The position numbers were made by a program, and so were the translations under genes. Below, one piece after another: positions 35,806 through 42,892 of a stretch of DNA of 51,308 bases. The DNA is taken from contig DATKLR010000262.1 in assembly GCA_035542295.1 (NCBI GenBank), forward strand, positions 1 to 51,308, written 5' to 3'. The stretch is from Gemmatimonadales bacterium. Its GTDB lineage: Bacteria > Gemmatimonadota > Gemmatimonadetes > Gemmatimonadales > JACORV01. The notes beneath the pieces are model-generated. The model was not told where the DNA came from. It did no database searches and saw only the letters and a program-made list of their open reading frames with translations. Positions within the stretch are counted from its first letter, which is position 1. Each line of letters starts with the position of its first letter.

Positions 35806-36463
35806 CGAACAGCGCCCACCGTCCCATCAGGATACTGAGCGGCCCGGGCCAGTTGGTGAGGAGATTGAACACCGTCGAGGTGACCGAGGCGGCATCCTTG
35901 ATGCTCAGCGACGCCAGGATCGCATCGGCGAGGAAGACACCACAGATGACGCCGAGGGTGGCGACGGCGGCACGCTTCGTCGCGATCGAGATCGCGAAGA
36001 AGATGGCGAAGCAGACCAGGGCGGCCATTGCGAAACGCGCCGTCAATTGCAGCGGGTAGGCGTGTACGCCGTCGGGAAGCGACACGGAAAGCGTCGCGAC
36101 GAGCGCGCCCACGCCGAGGGCCGCCACGGGGATCGCCAGGAGCGTCACGCCGGCCGCGAATCGCAGCAACACGAACATCGAGCGCGGAACCGGCAGCGCG
36201 AGCGCGTACACATGCTTGCCGGCGTGGTCCGGCGCCCACGCACCGATGCCCAGGAGCAACCCCGCCAGCAGCGCGAGCCCTGGGATCAGCACGCCCACCT
36301 GCTGCGCCGCGAACAGCCACTGACCGACTCGCTCCACCGGAGCGTTCGCAAGACCGCTGCCTGACGTCACCGTGAGCAGCGGCAGCGCGAACCCCAGCAA
36401 TGCCAGCAGCACGACCGGCAGCCGTGCCGCCAGCCACTGCGCCTTGAGAACCTGCTTGAACAT
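35798..36463 (-). CDS. Polytopic membrane protein (putative ABC-2-like permease partner)
   Basis: 221 aa with about 6 hydrophobic segments. Immediately downstream of an ABC ATPase. Confidence 0.65.
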   Translation of the reverse strand: MFKQVLKAQWLAARLPVVLLALLGFALPLLTVTSGSGLANAPVERVGQWLFAAQQVGVLIPGLALLAGLLLGIGAWAPDHAGKHVYALALPVPRSMFVLLRFAAGVTLLAIPVAALGVGALVATLSVSLPDGVHAYPLQLTARFAMAALVCFAIFFAISIATKRAAVATLGVICGVFLADAILASLSIKDAASVTSTVFNLLTNWPGPLSILMGRWALFDV

Positions 36464-36478
36464 TGCCCTCCTCCCGCC

Positions 36479-37372
36479 TCAGGAAACCGGGGCCCGCGAC
36501 GAGCGCAACAGCTCGACGAACCCTTCCTCGAGATCCAGGTCCACGACCTCCTTCACGACCGCGCCCACCCCCTCGAACCACTGCGCCATCGGCGGCTGCC
36601 ACCCGCGGACCACCCACACGTGCTCGGTGCCCGCCGTCTCCCGCTGCAGCACGACGAACGGCGTGTCCCCGACCAGGCTCGGTGCGCCCGACAGGCGGAT
36701 CCGCTTGATGCCGTTCTTGAAGCTCTGCATCGGCAGCTCGACGACGAGCCTCCCGTTGTCGAGCACGCCCACCCAGTCGCAGATCCGCTCCAGCTCGTGC
36801 ACCAGATGGCTCGAGATGAACACCGTCGCCGACCCCTGCGAGCAGAAGTCGAGCAGCGCGGAGAGGACGTCGCGACGGACCACCGGGTCGAGCCCGTCGG
36901 TGGGCTCGTCCAGCACCAGCAGCTTCGGTCGCTGCGCCAGCACGAGCAGCATGTGCAGCTTCCCCATCTCGCCCTTGGAGAGGTGCGACAGCTTCTGGTC
37001 CAGCGGGAGGCCGAAGCTGCGGCGCATCTCGCCGGCGTATGCCATGTCGAATCCTTCGTAGAACGCGGCGTGGTAGCGCACCGCCTGCTCGAGCGTGAGA
37101 TACGGATACAGGTGCGGCCGCTCCGGCACGTAGCCTGTCTGCGCCAGGATCCGCGCCATCTCGTCCGGCACCTTCCGGCCCAGCACCGCGATCGTGCCCC
37201 GCGCCGGCTTCAGCATTCCGAGCAGCAACCGGATGGTCGTCGTCTTCCCCGAGCCGTTCGGGCCGAGGAAGCCGTAGATCGATCCCTCGCGCACCTTGAG
37301 GCCCAGGTCACGGATCTCGAAGTACTTCCCCGCCCGATAGGCGAGATCGAACGTCTCGATCGCGTAGCTCAT
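36479..37372 (-). CDS. ABC transporter ATP-binding protein
   Basis: Walker A GPNGSGKTT, signature-like LSKGEMGKL, Walker B LLVLDEP and H-loop SSH. Its ATG overlaps the GntR stop (ATGA at 37369-37372). Confidence 0.9.
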   Translation of the reverse strand: MSYAIETFDLAYRAGKYFEIRDLGLKVREGSIYGFLGPNGSGKTTTIRLLLGMLKPARGTIAVLGRKVPDEMARILAQTGYVPERPHLYPYLTLEQAVRYHAAFYEGFDMAYAGEMRRSFGLPLDQKLSHLSKGEMGKLHMLLVLAQRPKLLVLDEPTDGLDPVVRRDVLSALLDFCSQGSATVFISSHLVHELERICDWVGVLDNGRLVVELPMQSFKNGIKRIRLSGAPSLVGDTPFVVLQRETAGTEHVWVVRGWQPPMAQWFEGVGAVVKEVVDLDLEEGFVELLRSSRAPVS

Positions 37373-37749
37373 GCGAGCTTCACCTTCATCTCGACCCGCA
37401 GCGCCTGCTCCAGATCCTCCCGCGTCACTCCTAGCGCCGCCGCCTCCTGCAGCAGCTGGCGCACCAGGCGCCGCGCCAGGCGCTGGCGCTCGGCGTCCCG
37501 CTTCGGCTCCGCCAGCTCGCGGACGAACGTCCCCGCTCCCTGCCGGCTCTCGACCACACCCACCTCCTCGAGCTCGCGGTAGGCCTGAACGACGGTGGCG
37601 GGGTTCACCCGGAGCTGGGACGCCAGGTGCCGCACCGAGGGCAGCGCCCCGCCGGGTGGCATCTCCCCGGTCGCCACCGCGATGCGGATGCGATCGGCGA
37701 TCTGCACGTACAGCGGGATGGAACTGCGCGGATCAATCTGCTGGAACAC
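37369..37749 (-). CDS. GntR-family regulator, YtrA subfamily (short, no large effector domain)
   Basis: VFQQIDPRSSIPLYVQIADRIR...LPSVRHLASQLRVNPATVVQAYRELEEVGVVESRQGAGTFV. Start placed at GTG 37749 because YtrA-type proteins begin with x-I-D-x-x-S-x-x-P-(I/L)-Y. The ORF-track start at 37788 would place the palindromic operator inside the coding sequence. Confidence 0.8.
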   Translation of the reverse strand: MFQQIDPRSSIPLYVQIADRIRIAVATGEMPPGGALPSVRHLASQLRVNPATVVQAYRELEEVGVVESRQGAGTFVRELAEPKRDAERQRLARRLVRQLLQEAAALGVTREDLEQALRVEMKVKLA

Positions 37750-37758
37750 GACCCCCGT

Positions 37759-37784
37759 CACTGTATCACTGTATCGATACAGTG
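37759..37784. promoter_or_regulatory. Candidate YtrA operator: perfect 18-bp palindrome preceded by a direct half-site repeat
   Basis: The plus strand reads CACTGTAT|CACTGTATCGATACAGTG. Positions 37767-37784 are a perfect palindrome and 37759-37766 repeat the left half. On the minus strand, a perfect TTGACA (37807-37802) lies upstream and overlaps the stop of the preceding gene. Confidence 0.65.
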
Positions 37785-37803
37785 GCACTTTCCGCCAGTT
37801 CTG

Positions 37804-38637
37804 TCAAGAGGGAGGATGCAGGACCACCAGCGTGACCTCGGGAGGACAGCCCCAGCGGACCGGCGCCGTGATCGCGCCAACGCCGCGGGAGACATAGAGT
37901 TGGCGGTCGCCATCGCGGAAGTGGCCGGCCAGGTACCGGAACCCGAATTGCGACGGCACATAGGGCGGACCGAGCAGCGGCAGATGGGCCTGGCCACCGT
38001 GCGTATGGCCGGAGAGCATCAGGTCGAGCCGGACGTCCGGGGGCCAGTAGGCGAAGACATCGGGGTCGTGCGATACGACGATGCGCGGCACGTCGGCGCA
38101 GAGACCCGCGGTCGCAGCGCGGAAGTCGATCACGTCGAACCGGAGATCGCCGACTCCGCCGACGGCCAGGGCGTCATCGCCGCGTCGGAGGACGACCGAC
38201 GTGTTCCAGAGCTCGCGAATCCCGGCCGACGCCAGGGCCGCGCGCACGAGCTCGGCGCTGACGTAGTGATCGTGGTTGCCGAGCACCGCGAAGACGCCGT
38301 CGGGTGCGGCGAGCGGCTTCAGCAGCTCCACCAGGCCCGTGGCGTATCGCCTGCTGTGCGAGACGAAGTCGCCACCCAGGAGAATGACGTCCGGCTCCAG
38401 GGCGATGGCCGTGGATACCGCCCGGGCCAGGAACCACTGCGGGACGACAGCCGACGAGTGCAGGTCGGTGAGGAAGGCGATGCGGTAGTTGTCGAACACC
38501 GGCGCGAGGCCCGGCAAGGCGACGTCGGCTCGCTCCACCACCAAACGCTTGCGCCGCCAGAAGCCGAACGGTCCCGTGAGCCGCTCGACCCAATCGCTCG
38601 CCACGTTCTCGAGCCGCCGGCCGGGGCCCGGCCGCAC
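37804..38637 (-). CDS. Calcineurin-like metallophosphoesterase
   Basis: Motifs FLTDLH, LLGGDF, LGNHD and SGHTHGGQ. Confidence 0.85.
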   Translation of the reverse strand: MRPGPGRRLENVASDWVERLTGPFGFWRRKRLVVERADVALPGLAPVFDNYRIAFLTDLHSSAVVPQWFLARAVSTAIALEPDVILLGGDFVSHSRRYATGLVELLKPLAAPDGVFAVLGNHDHYVSAELVRAALASAGIRELWNTSVVLRRGDDALAVGGVGDLRFDVIDFRAATAGLCADVPRIVVSHDPDVFAYWPPDVRLDLMLSGHTHGGQAHLPLLGPPYVPSQFGFRYLAGHFRDGDRQLYVSRGVGAITAPVRWGCPPEVTLVVLHPPS

Positions 38638-38700
38638 CGTCGTGCTCCTGGGCCGATGCCGCGGGGAGCGGAACAGCGGTCCGATCAGGCGCGCCGCACC

Positions 38701-39468
38701 CTATAGCCCGGTGGGATGGTCAACGAACGACCACGGCAGCTGGAATCGCTCCGCGATGTGCTCGGCCAGGGCCTTCACGCCGAGGGTCTCGGTAGCGTAG
38801 TGCCCGCCGTAGTACACGTTCACGCCGAGTTCCTCGGCGTCGAAGTAGGACGAGTGCTTCCCCTCGCCGGTGATGAACGAGTCCAGGCCCGCGTCCCGCG
38901 CCTGCGCGATCATCGACCCCGCGCTCCCGGTGATGATCCCGACGCGCCGCACACGTTCCGGGCCGCCGGCGATCAACCGCGGAGGGGAGCCGAGGATCTC
39001 GCCGAGGCGCGCCGCCAGCGTCTCCCGCGGGACGTCCATCTCCCCCCAGGTGCCCAGGGGGGACCCTCGGTACTCGCCGAACCAGCCGCGCACCTCCATC
39101 CCCAGGCGCCGGGCCAGCACCACGTTGTTGCCGACCTCGGGATGCCGATCCAGCGGGATGTGAGCGGAGTAGAGCGCGATCCCGTGCCGAATGAGCGCCG
39201 CCACCCGCCGGTAGTGACGCCCGACGACCGGCTCCAGCCCGCCCCAGAACAGTCCATGATGGACCAGCAGGAGATCGGCGCCGCGCTCGGCCGCCTGGTC
39301 TATCACCGCTTGGCACGCGTCCACGGCGACGGCGACGTTCTGCACTTCGCCGCCATTCTCCACCTGCAGCCCGTTCAGCGCCTGCGGCTCGTCGCCGACC
39401 TCGCCCGTCCGGAGGTAGTCGTCGAGGTAGCGAGCCAGATCATCGAGGCGCACGGTCCCCACCCTCAC
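38701..39468 (-). CDS. Nif3-family dinuclear metal centre protein (YbgI-like)
   Basis: ADLLLVHHGLFW...YSAHIPLDRH...ITGEGKHS...GHYATE are NIF3 motifs. Several GTG start candidates (39468, 39462, 39453). Confidence 0.85.
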   Translation of the reverse strand: MRVGTVRLDDLARYLDDYLRTGEVGDEPQALNGLQVENGGEVQNVAVAVDACQAVIDQAAERGADLLLVHHGLFWGGLEPVVGRHYRRVAALIRHGIALYSAHIPLDRHPEVGNNVVLARRLGMEVRGWFGEYRGSPLGTWGEMDVPRETLAARLGEILGSPPRLIAGGPERVRRVGIITGSAGSMIAQARDAGLDSFITGEGKHSSYFDAEELGVNVYYGGHYATETLGVKALAEHIAERFQLPWSFVDHPTGL

Positions 39469-39572
39469 ACCATGTCGTCAGCGACGACTCACCGACTTGT
39501 CTGTGTGTTGATATCATGTTGGAATGTTAGAAATCGTATGCACATCGCAATCCAATTAGGGACAAGATGTTA

Positions 39573-39589
39573 CAGCGACACGGTCGCTG
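39573..39589 (-). terminator. Short hairpin downstream of the bactofilin gene
   Basis: CAGCGAC-ACG-GTCGCTG has a 7-bp stem. It lies 37 nt past the TAG at 39626-39628 on the minus strand. No clear U-tract. Confidence 0.25.
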
Positions 39590-39625
39590 GTTGGGGATGC
39601 CGCGTTGACTGTCGTGTCGATCGCC

Positions 39626-40156
39626 CTAGGATGGCTGCGTCGGGGCGCGCGGCGGGACGGCGATGCGCGCCACAGGAATCGAGGGTCTCTGGGTCCCGGG
39701 CGGCACCGGAGGGCGAGGACGCGCTTCCGCCTTCGACTCGGCACCCCGCTCTGCCCTGGCGGCCGGAGCCTCGTCCATCCGGATCAGCCCATTGAGGGTC
39801 CCGCCTTCGGCCACCGCGATCCGGCGCGTGGTGATGTCGCCGTGCACAGATGCACCGGACTGAATCTCGACCCGTTCGCGGGCACGGATCGCCCCGCTCA
39901 CCGTACCGCCGACCACCGCCTCGGTCGTGTCCACGTCGCCTTGCACACTGCCGCCCTTGGCGACCAGCACTTGGGAGGCTGCGGTGACGTTGCCGTCCAC
40001 GGTCCCTTCGATCTTCACGACGCCATTCGCGTCGAGATCGCCATGCACGGTCATCCCGGCGCCGATGATGGACAGGGCTCCGGTGGGTGCCGACGGACCG
40101 CGTGGCTGAGCCGCCCTCGCGTCGGCCGCCGGCTTCTTCGTGCCGAACATCCCCAT
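39626..40156 (-). CDS. Bactofilin (polymer-forming cytoskeletal protein)
   Basis: Repetitive beta-helix core IIGAGMTVHGDLDANGVVKIEGTVDGNVTAASQVLVAKGGSVQGDVDTTEAVVGGTVSGAIRARERVEIQSGASVHGDITTRRIAVAEGGTLNG, with a Pro-rich tail. AGGGGG Shine-Dalgarno sequence upstream of the ATG at 40156. Confidence 0.9.
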   Translation of the reverse strand: MGMFGTKKPAADARAAQPRGPSAPTGALSIIGAGMTVHGDLDANGVVKIEGTVDGNVTAASQVLVAKGGSVQGDVDTTEAVVGGTVSGAIRARERVEIQSGASVHGDITTRRIAVAEGGTLNGLIRMDEAPAARAERGAESKAEARPRPPVPPGTQRPSIPVARIAVPPRAPTQPS

Positions 40157-40157
40157 G

Positions 40158-40973
40158 CTACGTTCCCCCTTCATGCACCATCGTCGTCGGATCGATGGAG
40201 CGCCCATTGTGTCGAATCTCGAAGTGCAGGTGTGGGGCCGTGGACCGGCCGGTGTTGCCCGACAGCGCGATCACCTGCCCCGCCTTCACGTCGTCGCCGC
40301 GCGAGATCAGGACGCGCGAGAGATGCCCGTACATCGTTTCATACCCGGCCGGGTGCCGAATGAGCACGAAGAGCCCGTACGACGAATCGTTCCCGGCCGC
40401 TTCGACCGTCCCTCCCCCGGCGGCCCGCACATTGGATCCTTCGGGCACCGCCAGGTCGATGCCGGGATGGATCTCCTCGTTCGGCGACGTGGAGACCATC
40501 CCGCGCGTCCGGAACGAGGGCACCGACAGCGGCCAGCGATGCGGCACCGACGGTCCCTCCTCTTCCGTTGAATCGACGGTGGGCGCCGGCGCGCGGGCGA
40601 GGATCGGGGGCGCGACGTAGAGCCGCTCCTCGCCGGCCGCCAGCTCGCTCGAATCCCGCGAGGCGGGTGGCATCCGGACTCCGAGCATCCCGCGCAGGCG
40701 AGCATAGCGTGCCTCGGCCTCGGCGAGCGCGGCGGCGAGCTCGTCGACGCGCCGGTTCTCGCGGGTGAGCTGGGCCACGCGCTGCTGGAGGAACGGCTCC
40801 TTGGCGGCCGCCGACAGGATCGGACCGTAGGCCGCAACGATCGCTACGATCGCGACGGCCACCACGATCGCGGTGATCAGCAGGGTACGTGCCAGCCACG
40901 CGGGGATCCGGAGCTGCCGCGAGGCGAGCGCGCCGCTCTTGTGCACGATGATCGTGTACCCGTCGCCTCGCAT
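40158..40973 (-). CDS. Bitopic M23 (LytM-domain) peptidase with TM helix and coiled-coil linker
   Basis: TM segment LLITAIVVAVAIVAIVAAY. M23 motifs HPGIDLAV, YGHL and TGRSTAPHLHFEI. The ATG at 40973 overlaps the parB TGA (TGATG). GTG at 40985 is an alternative start. Confidence 0.85.
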   Translation of the reverse strand: MRGDGYTIIVHKSGALASRQLRIPAWLARTLLITAIVVAVAIVAIVAAYGPILSAAAKEPFLQQRVAQLTRENRRVDELAAALAEAEARYARLRGMLGVRMPPASRDSSELAAGEERLYVAPPILARAPAPTVDSTEEEGPSVPHRWPLSVPSFRTRGMVSTSPNEEIHPGIDLAVPEGSNVRAAGGGTVEAAGNDSSYGLFVLIRHPAGYETMYGHLSRVLISRGDDVKAGQVIALSGNTGRSTAPHLHFEIRHNGRSIDPTTMVHEGGT

Positions 40974-41857
40974 CAGCCATCCCACCGCCGGCCCAGGATC
41001 AGCTCCAGCAGCCGAGCGAGATCGTCCTCGGAGTAGAAGCGCAGCTGAAGGTGCCCCCTCCCCTTCCCCGTCAGGACGACCGCGGCGTCGGTGCCGAGCC
41101 GCTTGCGGAGCGCCTCCTCAATGCGGCGTACCTCCGGTGGCACGGCGCGTCGCGGTCCCCTGCCGTCTTTCCGGGGACGCGGGGCGCCCCGGGCCTGCCG
41201 CTCCATCTCGCGCACCGACCACCCTTCGGCCACGCAGGCCCTGGCGAGGCGCTCGATCTGCTTCCCGTCGCCCAGGGAGAGGAGGGCGCGGGCGTGTCCG
41301 GCCGAAAGCGCCTCGTCCGCCACCAGCTGTTGGACGCTCTTAGGCAGCTTGAGGAGCCGGACCGCGTTCGCCACCGTGGAGCGGTCACGGCCGACCGCCT
41401 CGGCGATCGCCGCGTGGGACAAGGCGAAGTCGTGTGCCAGCCGCTCGTAGCCCTGCGCCTCGTCGATCGGCGAGAGGGAGGCGCGCTGGAGGTTCTCGAC
41501 CAGGGCCAGCGTCAGGAGAGTCCGGTCGTCCACCTCCCGCACGACGGCGGGCACGTGCTTCCACCCCAGCGCACGGACCGCCCGCCAGCGCCGCTCACCC
41601 GCCACCAGTTCGTAGCCCGACTCCAGTTGCCGGACCACGACCGGCTGCAGCAGCCCGTTGACCGCGATCGAGTCCTTCAGCTCGGTGAGGGACGAGGGAT
41701 TGAGCGCGCGACGCGGCTGAAAGCGGTTCGGCTTGATGCCCTCCACCGGGAGCTCGCGGACCAGTCCCTCGCGCTCAGCGTCCTCGACCGTGCCGACGCC
41801 CAGCAACGCCTCCAGGCCACGGCCCAGCCGGCGGCGCCCGGCGGCGGCGCCGCTCAC
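40973..41857 (-). CDS. parB: Chromosome partitioning protein ParB
   Basis: RRLGRGLEALLG, the ParB box NPRR-like segment IKPNRFQPRR, and the helix-turn-helix LSHAAIAEAVGRDRSTVANAVRLLKLP. The GTG at 41857 overlaps the parA TGA (GTGA). Confidence 0.9.
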   Translation of the reverse strand: MSGAAAGRRRLGRGLEALLGVGTVEDAEREGLVRELPVEGIKPNRFQPRRALNPSSLTELKDSIAVNGLLQPVVVRQLESGYELVAGERRWRAVRALGWKHVPAVVREVDDRTLLTLALVENLQRASLSPIDEAQGYERLAHDFALSHAAIAEAVGRDRSTVANAVRLLKLPKSVQQLVADEALSAGHARALLSLGDGKQIERLARACVAEGWSVREMERQARGAPRPRKDGRGPRRAVPPEVRRIEEALRKRLGTDAAVVLTGKGRGHLQLRFYSEDDLARLLELILGRRWDG

Positions 41858-42678
41858 GGAGCCGCCTCGGCAGGACGCCGCCCCGGCTCTCGGTGGTCTG
41901 CGCCCACCTTGCTGGCGGTGCGGCGGATCAACTCTTCCGCCACGCTCAGATAGCTCTGCGCGCCCACCGACCCGATGTCGTAGAGGAGAATCGGCTTGCC
42001 GAAGCTCGGCGCCTCCGCGAGGCGCACGTTGCGGGGAATCGCCGTCTTGAACATCCGGGCGCCGAAGTATTCCTGCGCCTCCTCGGCGACCTGCCGCGAG
42101 AGGTTGAGCCGCGCGTCGTACATCGTCAGGAGCACGCCGTCCACGGCGAGGCGCGGATTGAAGTTGCGCTGCACCAGCCGGATCGTGTTGAGCAGCTGGG
42201 AAAGCCCCTCCAGCGCGTAGTACTCGCACTGGATCGGAATCACCACGGCGTCCGCGGCGGTCAGCATGTTGAGCGTCAGCAGCCCGAGGGAGGGGGGGCA
42301 GTCGATCAGCACGTAGTCGTACGAGCGCCGGAGGGCGTCGAGGGCTCGCCGCATCAGGGTCTCCCGATGGGCGCGCGACACCAGCTCGACCTCGGCACCC
42401 ACCAGGTCCCGCGATGCCGGCGCCACGTCGAGGAGAGGGAAGTGGATCCCCCGCCGGATCGCATCGGCCAGCGGCCGGTTGTCGAGCAGCACCTCGTAGA
42501 CGGTGAGCTGCAGCGCGTCGCGCTCCAGCCCCACGCCCGACGTGGCGTTGGCCTGGGGGTCCGCGTCCACCAGCAACGTGCGCTTCTCCGCCGCCGCCAG
42601 CGAGGCGGCGAGGTTGACGGCGGAGGTCGTCTTGCCGACGCCCCCCTTCTGGTTCGCAATCGCGATGACACGGGCCAT
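41854..42678 (-). CDS. parA: Chromosome partitioning ATPase ParA/Soj
   Basis: Deviant Walker A IANQKGGVGKTT. Soj-like sequence throughout (YDYVLIDCPPSLG). Confidence 0.95.
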   Translation of the reverse strand: MARVIAIANQKGGVGKTTSAVNLAASLAAAEKRTLLVDADPQANATSGVGLERDALQLTVYEVLLDNRPLADAIRRGIHFPLLDVAPASRDLVGAEVELVSRAHRETLMRRALDALRRSYDYVLIDCPPSLGLLTLNMLTAADAVVIPIQCEYYALEGLSQLLNTIRLVQRNFNPRLAVDGVLLTMYDARLNLSRQVAEEAQEYFGARMFKTAIPRNVRLAEAPSFGKPILLYDIGSVGAQSYLSVAEELIRRTASKVGADHREPGRRPAEAAP

Positions 42679-42722
42679 GAGACGGCAGAATCTAGCCCCT
42701 AACTGCCGGTGGCTACAAGAGA

Positions 42723-42738
42723 TGTTTCACGTGCAACA
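42723..42738. promoter_or_regulatory. parS centromere-like site 1
   Basis: TGTTTCACGTGCAACA matches the consensus TGTTNCACGTGAAACA at 15 of 16 positions. It lies 44 nt upstream of the parA start. Confidence 0.75.
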
Positions 42739-42839
42739 CGGCCGGGATGGTTGCGGGCCTGGAGTTGCGAGGAAAGGACGGGCGACCGGCGGGCGGGGCA
42801 GGGGACTGAGGCACGGCCGGCCGGCGATCCGGGCGGCCC

Positions 42840-42855
42840 TGTTGCACGTGCAACA
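42840..42855. promoter_or_regulatory. parS centromere-like site 2
   Basis: TGTTGCACGTGCAACA is a perfect 16-bp palindrome. It matches the parS consensus at 15 of 16 positions and lies 117 bp from site 1. Confidence 0.75.
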
Positions 42856-42892
42856 CGGCCAGGACGGTTGCGAGTTGCGAGAGGGGAGGCCC

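Noticed and set aside
39469-39560. Relatively AT-rich intergenic stretch upstream of the nif3-like gene, considered as a small RNA or small ORF.
   Set aside because: It has no convincing ORF, no tRNA-like or other recognisable RNA structure, and no terminator. It is most simply the nif3 promoter/leader region. I could not define convincing -35 and -10 elements.
42723-42882. Spaced direct repeats, considered as a possible CRISPR array or IS terminal repeats.
   Set aside because: There are only two copies. The core is a palindrome matching parS. No cas genes or transposase are present, and the location immediately upstream of parAB explains the repeats.
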